From the IMG/VR virus record IMGVR_UViG_3300046786_000370, positions 15,927 through 79,926 of that record: 64,000 nt of DNA, one strand, 5' to 3'. The stretch's first letter is position 1; each line of letters starts with the position of its first letter. The translations under genes and the position numbers were made by a program. The DNA comes from a virus. Taxonomy: Duplodnaviria; Heunggongvirae; Uroviricota; Caudoviricetes. Shown piece by piece: positions 40,362 to 48,166 of the stretch. The notes under the pieces were generated by a model. It had not been told where the DNA came from, ran no database searches, and saw only the letters and a program-made list of their open reading frames with translations.

Positions 40362-41290
40362 ATTTTATATTTCTCTGCTCTGAGATCGTTTGGACATGGG
40401 CAATACTTAAATGGACATAGTATATCTTTTTTATCTAAGATAAAATTATTGATACGTCCCAATGATTTTGCCTTACATAAGCCTGCGCTAACTTCGCCAT
40501 TAAATCTAACTACCAAGCTTTGACTGGTTACCTTACAACGCCAGCCTTCAAATTCATTCCAATTATTAATAGTAATTTTACCTAGAGATAATTCTTCTAT
40601 AGAACCATCGTCGAAATAGACCATTGAGTTAACAAAGTTATCAGAACTAGTTGGTGCACCCATGTGAGTTTTGATCCACGTAGACTGTTCGTCTGTGTAT
40701 ATATAATTCTTTTTTGTATCTGTACCTATATAATTTAAAACCTTGGGCATTACAACACCACGAAGACTTGGAGTTATATTGTTATACAATTCTAAAACTG
40801 TGTCCCAGTTAGCAGGGTCGCAACTAAGGTTAAACAGAATAGAAGTGCCCGAATCAACTATAAGCTTTGATACTGCGTTTACTTTGTCTATTTTTGTAAA
40901 CTCTGGATGTAAGGATATTGTTACGTTATCTAAAAAAGGTAACGCTTCTTCCCACCATTCTTCACTTCTAGATCCGTTTGTTGTTACACCTATATAAACT
41001 TTTTCTGAGTGCATGTATTTTATAATGTCTAGAAAATTAGGATGTAACGTTGGCTCACCACCACCAAATTGAAGATTTATATGTGTTCCTTCTTCGGCCA
41101 ATGATTTTAATGTGTTCATAAAGACTGTAATGTCTTCATAGGATGGAAAGCCGGGTACTTTACCAGTGGCAAATTTTCCATTATGTAAAAAATCCGGACA
41201 GTAATTACATTTAAAATTACAAAAATCCGTAAGCATCCAATATACGTTAACAGTTGGTTTCTTAGGTATTATTTTAATAGGCTGTTTCAT
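40358..41290 (-). CDS. radical SAM enzyme with a Cys-rich (SPASM/twitch-like) C-terminal region
   Basis: CNFKCNYC plus GGGEPTL; C-terminal CKAKS...CPFKYCPCP; start trimmed to avoid tRNA-Phe. Confidence 0.6.
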   Translation of the reverse strand: MKQPIKIIPKKPTVNVYWMLTDFCNFKCNYCPDFLHNGKFATGKVPGFPSYEDITVFMNTLKSLAEEGTHINLQFGGGEPTLHPNFLDIIKYMHSEKVYIGVTTNGSRSEEWWEEALPFLDNVTISLHPEFTKIDKVNAVSKLIVDSGTSILFNLSCDPANWDTVLELYNNITPSLRGVVMPKVLNYIGTDTKKNYIYTDEQSTWIKTHMGAPTSSDNFVNSMVYFDDGSIEELSLGKITINNWNEFEGWRCKVTSQSLVVRFNGEVSAGLCKAKSLGRINNFILDKKDILCPFKYCPCPNDLRAEKYKI

Positions 41291-41305
41291 TCTATTATTT
41301 ATAAG

Positions 41306-41380
41306 TGGTGCCACAGACTGGACTCGAACCAGTAACACAAGAATTTTCAGTCCTCTGCTCTACCATTGGAGCTACTGTGG
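41306..41380 (-). tRNA. tRNA-Phe (GAA)
   Basis: Loop CTGAAAA, D-arm GCTCCAATGGTAGAGC. Confidence 0.65.
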
Positions 41381-41382
41381 CT

Positions 41383-41916
41383 TTATATGTGATTGGTTTC
41401 TCGTAACATATCAAGAGTTTGATCAAAATTGTATTTGTAAGATTGTAGCACCAATGCAATTCTATCTACTGGCTCTGTGCCTATGTTTTTAACACTATGC
41501 GGATTAGACACATTTAATAACCACGCATCTCCGGATTCAGCTATAAACGATCCAGTAAATTCTAAATCATCTTCTTTGAATGTTCTGCCAGTTGTTTGTG
41601 TTGTCATTTTTACGCCGATATCACTGTCTACATTTTTATAAAAATTAGTTTTACAGTCTTTGGCTCTGACATAAAAATTTATTGTAGCAGATACATGACT
41701 GTCTGTATGCGGTGGAATATTATAATTTATTTTCATCTCGCGCACAAAAAAATCATCTCTGTACCTCTCGGGGATAACTGATAAAATTAAATCTTTATTA
41801 TAATCATCTACACCATACAATGAAATGCCTTTGCCATTGATAGCGTATGCGTTAATCAAGTTGGTTTCAGTAAATTTTCCAAGATCGAACTTTTTATTGA
41901 GTTTGGCGAATTGCAT
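41383..41916 (-). CDS. small 2OG-Fe(II) oxygenase-like paralog
   Basis: PHTDSH...NPHSVKN...R. Confidence 0.45.
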   Translation of the reverse strand: MQFAKLNKKFDLGKFTETNLINAYAINGKGISLYGVDDYNKDLILSVIPERYRDDFFVREMKINYNIPPHTDSHVSATINFYVRAKDCKTNFYKNVDSDIGVKMTTQTTGRTFKEDDLEFTGSFIAESGDAWLLNVSNPHSVKNIGTEPVDRIALVLQSYKYNFDQTLDMLRETNHI

Positions 41917-41945
41917 GATTATATTTATAAGGTATAAATATTTTA

Positions 41946-42491
41946 ATGAATAACCCCGACTTTTACCGACCGATACATATTGAAAACCTTAAAGAAATTC
42001 AAGAAGAGGTAATGAATCTGTTGCCAGAAAAATTACTCACTTACTCAAGCTTAACTTATATAGAAAATAATAAAGAAATTTTTTTAAGTTCTAATAAATT
42101 ATCTGATTACTTAAAAAGTAAAAAAATATATGATACTACTGGCGCCATTGCAGTTAATATTACTAAGGGTTTCGGTGCCGGAACTTATCACGTAGATAGC
42201 GGTCCGTATAAACATAGTCTAAATATACCGATTTCTGGCTGCGAAAATACTTGGATTAATTTCTTTAAAGTCAATAGTGATTATACCACCGTTACAGTAG
42301 AAAATGACGGGTTAGCTCATCGTTATTTTAGATACACAGAAGATCAGTGTGAATTAATCTATGAAGCAGAAACATCAGTGCCTTATCTACTTGGAACAAA
42401 AACTCCGCATCGTGTTATTAATAAATCAAACAATACAAGAGTTATGCTATTAGTAAGATTATTTTCTAGTCCTTATATAAATGAGTTATAA
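41946..42491 (+). CDS. small 2OG-Fe(II) oxygenase-like paralog
   Basis: YHVDSGP...NIPI...PHRVIN...RVMLLVR. Confidence 0.5.
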   Translation: MNNPDFYRPIHIENLKEIQEEVMNLLPEKLLTYSSLTYIENNKEIFLSSNKLSDYLKSKKIYDTTGAIAVNITKGFGAGTYHVDSGPYKHSLNIPISGCENTWINFFKVNSDYTTVTVENDGLAHRYFRYTEDQCELIYEAETSVPYLLGTKTPHRVINKSNNTRVMLLVRLFSSPYINEL

Positions 42492-43013
42492 TAGACTCAA
42501 TGGCTGACATTTAAACCCTATAGTAGCTGATAATCTTATATCAGTATTCTCTTCATTTATAAACACCTTGTGCGGGATTCCAGAATCAAAGACTATAGGT
42601 TCTGTTAATTCTAATTCATCAGATACTGTACATAATTCAGGATTCGAAATTTCTATATAAGGTAAATTATTAACACCCAATTTTTTTTGTAATTTAGAAT
42701 CATTTAGATTATAAAATACTGTTTTAGAACCACGACAGTTATGTACTGGCCACAGAAATCTTACATCACCGGCATAATCAACATGTAATATTCCTGAGGC
42801 AGTTAATTTAACTACAGCAATCATACTAATTTCTAAGTTAAATGAATCAGCCACTGCTTTTAGTTCGGGTATTGATTTCAGTACTTTTTTATAATTTAAT
42901 TCATTCCATGTTACTTTAGAATCTAGTACACTAGTATCATTTACAATATAATCATATAATTTATTTGATATGATTTGATGGTCGACTAAATTTAAAAATT
43001 TAAAAGGCTTCAT
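42486..43013 (-). CDS. small 2OG-Fe(II) oxygenase-like paralog
   Basis: LHVDYAGD...PHKVF. Confidence 0.45.
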   Translation of the reverse strand: MKPFKFLNLVDHQIISNKLYDYIVNDTSVLDSKVTWNELNYKKVLKSIPELKAVADSFNLEISMIAVVKLTASGILHVDYAGDVRFLWPVHNCRGSKTVFYNLNDSKLQKKLGVNNLPYIEISNPELCTVSDELELTEPIVFDSGIPHKVFINEENTDIRLSATIGFKCQPLSLL

Positions 43014-43027
43014 GCTGTTATTTAAGT

Positions 43028-43101
43028 TGGTGCCCCACGACAGAATCGAACTGCCATATTCGGATTACAAAACCGACGTAATGCCATTATACGAGTAGGG
43101 C
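43028..43101 (-). tRNA. tRNA-Thr (TGT)
   Basis: Loop TTTGTAA. Confidence 0.55.
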
Positions 43102-43108
43102 TAAAATT

Positions 43109-43184
43109 TGGGGTAAAGGATGGGACTCGAACCCACAACAACTGGAATCACAATCCAGGGCTCTACCATTGAGCTACCTTCACC
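43109..43184 (-). tRNA. tRNA-His (GTG)
   Basis: Extra G-1 opposite C73, loop TTGTGAT. Confidence 0.65.
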
Positions 43185-43185
43185 A

Positions 43186-43260
43186 TGGTGGTGATAGTTA
43201 GATTCGAACTAACGACCGGCCGCGTATGAAGCGGATGCACTACCACTGTGCTATATCACC
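43186..43260 (-). tRNA. tRNA-Met/Ile2 (CAT)
   Basis: Loop TTCATAC, acceptor GGTGATA/TATCACC. Confidence 0.6.
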
Positions 43261-43265
43261 TAATA

Positions 43266-43832
43266 TTATTGAGGAATAAAATACTGTCCTAATTCAGCAA
43301 CTAGTTTATCCCAAGTTGCGAATTCTCCAGTTTCGTTATCACCTATTGAATAACTAACACACCAACGTCCTTCGTCAGTGCTGTTAAATACTGTGTGAGG
43401 TATGCCTCCTTGTACAATACAAGGATGTTTTATTTCTGTTTCGTACAATAGGTTGCATTTGTCTTTATTAAAGACATAAGCGTATGTACCAGCTTTAGTA
43501 GTTCTTAATGCAGGCGTGTAGTCGGGTTGTACTTCGTACCATTTCATAGTACTACCATCAGCACCATATACCCAATTAAACTTAAACAAGTCTATGCCTA
43601 TAGTTTCGCCGTCGATATGAATCGTACGCCAAGTTTGCGGTGCTGTATAAAATAATTCAGAGAATACTATATTCAGTCCATGGTCATCTAAAAATTTAAT
43701 TACATCTGGATCGCGTTCGGATTTTGGTATCGGAAAATGCTGTGTAGAAGCTGTAGGATCTACACGAAGTTGTCGAACCATATTATAATTTGCTCTATGT
43801 GGTATAGATAATTCTTGAAATAACTTGTTCAT
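43266..43832 (-). CDS. small 2OG-Fe(II) oxygenase-like paralog
   Basis: IHIDGET...PHTVFNS; start trimmed to avoid tRNA-Arg. Confidence 0.45.
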   Translation of the reverse strand: MNKLFQELSIPHRANYNMVRQLRVDPTASTQHFPIPKSERDPDVIKFLDDHGLNIVFSELFYTAPQTWRTIHIDGETIGIDLFKFNWVYGADGSTMKWYEVQPDYTPALRTTKAGTYAYVFNKDKCNLLYETEIKHPCIVQGGIPHTVFNSTDEGRWCVSYSIGDNETGEFATWDKLVAELGQYFIPQ

Positions 43833-43856
43833 ATAACTATTTAGTAATCTTATAAC

Positions 43857-43933
43857 TGGCCGGCCCTGAGAGATTCGAACTCCCAACTTCCAGTTTCGAA
43901 GACTGGCACTCTATCCAATTGAGTTAAGGACCG
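43857..43933 (-). tRNA. tRNA-Arg (TCG)
   Basis: Loop CTTCGAA. Confidence 0.6.
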
Positions 43934-43937
43934 TTAT

Positions 43938-44027
43938 TGGTGGAAGCGGTGAGATTCGAACTCACGGACCGTTGCCAGTCGACAGTTTTCAAGACTGTTG
44001 CAATAAACCGGGCTCTGCCACACTTCC
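43938..44027 (-). tRNA. tRNA-Ser (TGA), type II
   Basis: 90 nt; loop CTTGAAA. Confidence 0.6.
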
Positions 44028-44029
44028 TA

Positions 44030-44215
44030 TTATGCTTGTTTATCTACGTTGCGACCTTTGTCGGGTTCTTCTATACGACCTTCTTTGGTGTATAGATATT
44101 GTACAACTTCGATGATTTTCTTTTGTGTGATAGGATCTTCCAAAGTTTTATATACAGTATTGCGATACTGATTATAAATCGTGTCCCATGCGTTATGTAT
44201 ACTTTGGATGATCAT
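44030..44215 (-). CDS. hypothetical small protein
   Basis: 61 aa ORF lying between tRNAs. Confidence 0.3.
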   Translation of the reverse strand: MIIQSIHNAWDTIYNQYRNTVYKTLEDPITQKKIIEVVQYLYTKEGRIEEPDKGRNVDKQA

Positions 44216-44221
44216 ATTATT

Positions 44222-44295
44222 TGGAGCGGGATAGGAGAATCGAACTCCTAACTAAACCTTGGCAAGGTTTCGTTTGACCATTAAACTAATCCCGC
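44222..44295 (-). tRNA. tRNA-Gly (GCC)
   Basis: Loop TTGCCAA. Confidence 0.6.
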
Positions 44296-44301
44296 ATTTT
44301 A

Positions 44302-44841
44302 TTATTTAATAAGATATTCTGGACTAATACCTTTAAAGCTACAAGTAAAACTTATTCTAGGACCTGGCAAGTCGGGTGGTGTGTAGACACCGTGCGGTAT
44401 ACCCGGATCAAAGAAAACTGGCTTTAATAATTCTAATCGATCTATTTCTTTAAGTGGAAAATCTTTGCCTATTCTCCACCAAACGTTGCCTTTTCCTTCG
44501 ACTACTCTTGTTATTGTATTGCCATTTAGATCATAAAATTTAGTATATGATCTTTGACAATTTCTAACAGGAAATAAAAACCTAATGTCTTTACCATCAT
44601 CTATGTGTGTTTCTTCATAGCCAATGCGTCTAAAAACAAACGCACTTATATCAACTGGCTGGTCGACAAATTTTTTAAGCTCGATGAACAACTCTGGAAT
44701 ATAGTTTTGTAATACACTAGTTGACACTGGTGTCCAATCTCTTTTTGCTTGTAAAATATCTGTACGATTTACAACAAAATCATAGAGCTTGTTTGCTATT
44801 AAAGTTTCATTTTCGATGTCAACGAATTTGTATATTGCCAT
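44302..44841 (-). CDS. small 2OG-Fe(II) oxygenase-like paralog
   Basis: THIDDGKD...PHGVYTP. Confidence 0.45.
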   Translation of the reverse strand: MAIYKFVDIENETLIANKLYDFVVNRTDILQAKRDWTPVSTSVLQNYIPELFIELKKFVDQPVDISAFVFRRIGYEETHIDDGKDIRFLFPVRNCQRSYTKFYDLNGNTITRVVEGKGNVWWRIGKDFPLKEIDRLELLKPVFFDPGIPHGVYTPPDLPGPRISFTCSFKGISPEYLIK

Positions 44842-44855
44842 GAAAATATTTAGTC

Positions 44856-44929
44856 TGGCATACCCCCAAGGATTCGAACCTTGACCAGCGGTTTTGGAGA
44901 CCGATATGCTGCCATTACACTAGGGATAC
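44856..44929 (-). tRNA. tRNA-Trp (CCA)
   Basis: Loop CTCCAAA. Confidence 0.55.
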
Positions 44930-44932
44930 ACA

Positions 44933-45010
44933 TGGAGTAGGGGGTCGGATTTGAACCGACGGTTTTAGGGATTTGCAATCCCTTGCATTGGGCCGCTCTG
45001 CCACCCCTAC
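44933..45010 (-). tRNA. tRNA-Cys (GCA)
   Basis: Loop TTGCAAA, acceptor GTAGGGG/CCCCTAC. Confidence 0.6.
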
Positions 45011-45083
45011 ATAAATTGGCCACGATTTTTGTCATTTTAACTCAGGCTAACGACGACTCCCTGAGATTAGTTGCAACACAACT

Positions 45084-45158
45084 TGGTAGCCATGGACAGT
45101 TTCGAAATGTCGACCTATCGCTTATCAAGCGATTGCTCTTCCTCTGAGCTACACGGCT
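45084..45158 (-). tRNA. tRNA-Ile (GAT)
   Basis: Loop TTGATAA. Confidence 0.6.
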
Positions 45159-45162
45159 AAAT

Positions 45163-45238
45163 TGGTCTCGCATGTAGGACTCGAACCTACGATGTCTCCG
45201 CCCCAAACGGAGTGGTATAGCCACTAACCGAATGCGAG
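45163..45238 (-). tRNA. tRNA-Pro (TGG), second copy
   Basis: Loop TTTGGGG; sequence differs from the copy at 21838. Confidence 0.55.
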
Positions 45239-45245
45239 ATAAAAT

Positions 45246-45320
45246 TGGTATCACTGGATGGAATCGAACCACCGTTCCGAACTTCGTAGGATCGTGTATT
45301 CTCCACTATACGACAGTGAT
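45246..45320 (-). tRNA. tRNA-Arg (ACG)
   Basis: Loop CTACGAA. Confidence 0.55.
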
Positions 45321-45325
45321 GTATT

Positions 45326-45399
45326 TGGCAGAGGGTACAAGAATCGAACTTGTGACAACGGAATCAAAATCCGTGGTTATACCATTTAACTAACCCCCA
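45326..45399 (-). tRNA. tRNA-Gln (TTG)
   Basis: Loop TTTTGAT; acceptor stem imperfect. Confidence 0.5.
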
Positions 45400-45407
45400 A
45401 CAAAAAC

Positions 45408-45483
45408 TGGTACCTGGTGTAAGGATCGAACTTACGACATCCCACTTGTAAGGAGGGTGCTACTACCTCTGAGCTAACCAGGC
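45408..45483 (-). tRNA. tRNA-Val (TAC), second copy
   Basis: Loop CTTACAA. Confidence 0.55.
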
Positions 45484-45486
45484 AAA

Positions 45487-45575
45487 AATTGGTGCAGCCA
45501 AAGGACTCGAACCTTTGTGGCAACTAGTATTAGACGCTCGTCGCTCGTTGCCGGGCGCCCGCCTTCTCCATCACT
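45487..45575 (-). tRNA. atypical tRNA-like element (type II or degenerate)
   Basis: Good T-arm AAAGGTTCGAGTCCTTT and CCA end, but the body carries a GC palindrome (GCCGGGCGCCCGCC) and a CGCTCG direct repeat; no clean anticodon arm. Confidence 0.3.
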
Positions 45576-45583
45576 GCTTAACT

Positions 45584-45658
45584 TGGTGGACCAGTAGGGA
45601 CTCGAACCCTAATTCACGACGTGCAAAGCCGTTGTAATTCCCTCTATACTACAAGCCC
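45584..45658 (-). tRNA. tRNA-Ala (TGC), second copy
   Basis: G3:U70 pair, loop TTTGCAC, and the same position-6/67 mismatch as the first Ala copy. Confidence 0.5.
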
Positions 45659-45777
45659 ATATAGAAACACTTTCGATATTAGTTCAATGCTGGCACATTG
45701 AACCGTTCGCTACTGCCAGGTAACCGAATAATACACCGCGCCATTGCGATGCCATACCCGTCAAAAATGTTTTTATA

Positions 45778-45852
45778 TGGCGACTCGTGGGAGAATCGAA
45801 CTCCCGTCTACGGATAGACAATCCGCGATAATAACCACTATATGAACGAGCC
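45778..45852 (-). tRNA. tRNA-Asp (GTC)?, second copy
   Basis: Loop TTGTCTA, which has a pyrimidine at position 37. Confidence 0.45.
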
Positions 45853-45858
45853 TAAATT

Positions 45859-45933
45859 TGGCACTCGGTACGGGAATCGAACCCGTCTTTACAACTTGAA
45901 AGGCTGTCGTCCTAACCGATAGACGAACCGAGT
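45859..45933 (-). tRNA. tRNA-Glu (TTC), second copy
   Basis: Loop CTTTCAA; shares the TCGTCTATCGGTTAGGAC D-arm with the copy at 33742. Confidence 0.55.
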
Positions 45934-45938
45934 ATATA

Positions 45939-46014
45939 TGGTAGGACCAGCGAGATTCGAACTCGCGACCAATGGATTAAAAGTCCACTGCTCTACCAGC
46001 TGAGCTATAGTCCC
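45939..46014 (-). tRNA. tRNA-Lys (TTT)
   Basis: Loop CTTTTAA, D-arm GCTCAGCTGGTAGAGC. Confidence 0.65.
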
Positions 46015-46028
46015 ATTAAAAAGATTTA

Positions 46029-46400
46029 TTGTCGATAAGTATTCTTACTATGTACTTTGGATATCACTTAATGCTAGATTGTAGCGGATGCGCTAACATC
46101 GACAACAAAGAGAACATTTACAATTTCGTAAAAGATCTCGTTAAACAAATTGATATGGTTGCTCATGGAGAACCTATCATTGAATATTTGTTACCTGGAG
46201 ATCCTAAACAAGGTTATAGCTTAATGCAACTAATAACCACAAGTAATATCTGTGGACACTTCATGGAACTTGATGGTACTGCTTACTTTGATATTTTTAG
46301 TTGTAAACAATACGACATCGAAGTAGCCAAGAAAGTTGTACAAGAATACTTTAATCCTGCTAAAATGCGAGTTAATTTCATAACTCGCAATGCTTCTTAA
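46029..46400 (+). CDS. S-adenosylmethionine decarboxylase-like (second paralog)
   Basis: HLMLDCSGC...NICGHFME...YFDIFSCKQYD; paralog of 38706..39071. Confidence 0.55.
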   Translation: MSISILTMYFGYHLMLDCSGCANIDNKENIYNFVKDLVKQIDMVAHGEPIIEYLLPGDPKQGYSLMQLITTSNICGHFMELDGTAYFDIFSCKQYDIEVAKKVVQEYFNPAKMRVNFITRNAS

Positions 46401-46403
46401 AAT

Positions 46404-46490
46404 TGGTGGAGACGACTGGAGTCGAACCAGTAGTGCCTTTCGGGCGGCGGATTTACAGTCCACTGGGGTTACCAATTTTCCTACATCTCC
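46404..46490 (-). tRNA. tRNA-Tyr (GTA), type II
   Basis: 87 nt; loop CTGTAAA; long variable arm GCCCGAAAGGC. Confidence 0.6.
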
Positions 46491-46494
46491 AATT

Positions 46495-46586
46495 TGGTAC
46501 CCCCGGCGGGAATCGAACCCACATGAACCAATTATCTGTTGCTTACGGGATATAAATCCGCCGTTTTACCGTTAAACTACAGGGGC
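46495..46586 (-). tRNA. atypical 92-nt tRNA-like gene (anticodon loop TTTATAT, anticodon TAT?)
   Basis: Good acceptor, D-arm and T-arm, but a 22-nt extra region without a clean variable stem. Confidence 0.35.
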
Positions 46587-46644
46587 ATATTTGTAAACAC
46601 ACTGTCTGCGACATTTCAGTCCATGCCAGCTCAATGTGTGTATT

Positions 46645-46690
46645 AAAGCACTCTAGGGGTCTGTGTTCTAGATTGCTCTAGACTAGAGTG
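46645..46690. repeat. inverted repeat GTATTAAAGCACTCTAG ... CTAGAGTGCTTTAATAC
   Basis: 17-nt arms; shares the TTAAAGCAC core with the inverted repeat at 33285. Confidence 0.5.
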
Positions 46691-46804
46691 CTTTAATACG
46701 AACTAATTTTTCCTCCCACACAAGGGATTCCATCCTAGTCGCCGCCCGTTTGCTCCATGTTTTAAGTGCGGAGCCAGGACCTCGTTTCCTGCTATTCACA
46801 CTTT

Positions 46805-46972
46805 GCGATCATCGATGTTTGTGAAGGAACATCTCCCGCTTTGATAAAGCTAAGTGCATTTCTTCAGCACGTTTTAACTTATTAAGAATCAGTTGTTTAG
46901 TCTGATCCTGAGTTAAAGTATTCTGTCGAAGCCACTCTACTTCTTTTAATTTTTTAATATCTGTCTCTGTCA
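46805..46972 (-). CDS. hypothetical small protein (56 aa)
   Basis: ORF MTETDIKKLKEVEWLRQN... with AAGGAAT RBS; shorter than the ORF-track cutoff. Confidence 0.35.
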
Positions 46973-47007
46973 TAATTCCTTGTTACAAACAAAAAACCCT
47001 AGGGTTT

Positions 47008-47040
47008 TTAAGCCTAGGGTCCTTGGAAGTTAAAATGTAA
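47008..47040 (-). terminator. rho-independent terminator CCCTAGG-loop-CCTAGGG followed by TTTTTT
   Basis: Hairpin plus T-run on the minus strand, downstream of the 47063..47200 gene. Confidence 0.5.
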
Positions 47041-47062
47041 TATTATTACACTTTGGTCTCCT

Positions 47063-47200
47063 GGACCCTAATTTGCTCCGGTGTGCGATCATAACTAATT
47101 TCAATAGATATCCAATTAGATGAAGGCACGAAGCCCATCTGCTTGGCAGTATTAAAATGTTTATGACATACAATCGTTTGCATCTTTTTATTTCCTTTAC
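47063..47200 (-). CDS. hypothetical small protein (45 aa)
   Basis: ORF with AAAGGAAATAAAAAG RBS; promoter module at 47225..47253. Confidence 0.35.
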
Positions 47201-47224
47201 ACGCTTTCTTTAGCGTATGTGTCT

Positions 47225-47253
47225 ATTATATACTTATTTAGTCTTTGTGTCAA
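47225..47253 (-). promoter_or_regulatory. sigma70-like promoter TTGACAcaaag-N-TATAAT
   Basis: 17-nt spacer. Confidence 0.5.
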
Positions 47254-47285
47254 TATCTTTTGGACATCAACATAAAAATATTTTT

Positions 47286-47359
47286 GGTGCCCAATGTCTG
47301 ATTCGAACAGACGACCTACCGCTTACAAGGCGGTTGCTCTACCCCTGAGCTAATCGGGC
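47286..47359 (-). tRNA. tRNA-Thr (TGT), second copy
   Basis: Loop CTTGTAA, D-arm GCTCAGGGGTAGAGC; promoter-like TTGACA-N17-TACAAT ends about 10 nt upstream. Confidence 0.6.
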
Positions 47360-47407
47360 TTTGTTTAACTTGTATCTATTGTATGTTATTTACTAGTTTG
47401 TGTCAAA

Positions 47408-48166
47408 TTATTTCTTAACTTCTACTAATTTAATTAGCCAAGCTAATGGATCTATTTCCCAGAACTTGTGTCTAGTACTATAATTTTTTGCATCACTATG
47501 GTGATTGTTGTGCCATGCTTCGCCTAGTATGATGGGCCACAACCAAGCATTGTTTCTACTTTGATCTTTTGTTTCATAATTCCTATAACCGTGTGTGTGA
47601 CCAAAATAATTGAAGTTGCTGGTACTAAGCTGAATTAACATAGCAGGAACAATCCAAGACCAATATAAAAATTCCAAGTCAATGATTCCTACAACAACTA
47701 CAACGGGCAACAATAAAAGCATATACCACTTATGTATGAATAACTGTGCGGGAGTCATTAGTTCCTTGACTAAGAAAATCTTCATTTCACCTTCCTGTTT
47801 TTTCATATGACCAAAGCCAAATAGTTTATAGCCAAGGTTGTAAGGGCTATGTGGATCTTTTTCTTCATCACTGTAAGCATGATGTAGTCTATGTAAATAA
47901 ACCCAACCTAATACACTACCGCGGCCCGCCAGTAATGCTATAGCAGAAAACAACCAATGAAGAACAGGATTTAATTCAAAGCTTTTGTGGCTATAATATC
48001 TATGTAACGTCATCCATATGCCCAGGATGTTTAATACATAGAAACTAATTAACATCAGTAATATATTACTTAATGTGTAGTCAACAAAGAATAAACCAAC
48101 AATACTTACTATGAAAAGAAAAATTGTTAGTATTCCTATATTTCTACTAGTAGATCCAAATGTCAT
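47408..48166 (-). CDS. membrane fatty-acid desaturase
   Basis: His boxes HRYYSH, HRLHH and WHNNHH. Confidence 0.7.
   Translation of the reverse strand: MTFGSTSRNIGILTIFLFIVSIVGLFFVDYTLSNILLMLISFYVLNILGIWMTLHRYYSHKSFELNPVLHWLFSAIALLAGRGSVLGWVYLHRLHHAYSDEEKDPHSPYNLGYKLFGFGHMKKQEGEMKIFLVKELMTPAQLFIHKWYMLLLLPVVVVVGIIDLEFLYWSWIVPAMLIQLSTSNFNYFGHTHGYRNYETKDQSRNNAWLWPIILGEAWHNNHHSDAKNYSTRHKFWEIDPLAWLIKLVEVKK

Noticed and set aside
8348-41290. Interpretation of QueD-like, PP-loop and radical SAM genes as a canonical queC/queD/queE preQ0 pathway
   Set aside because: The PP-loop and radical SAM proteins are too long and are separated by 30 kb from the QueD-like gene, and no FolE or DpdA was seen in the window. 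This is kept only as an alternative hypothesis.
44850-46575. Small ORFs 44850..45035, 45042..45272, 46230..46475 and 46390..46575
   Set aside because: They lie entirely inside densely packed tRNA genes or antisense to the speD-like gene.
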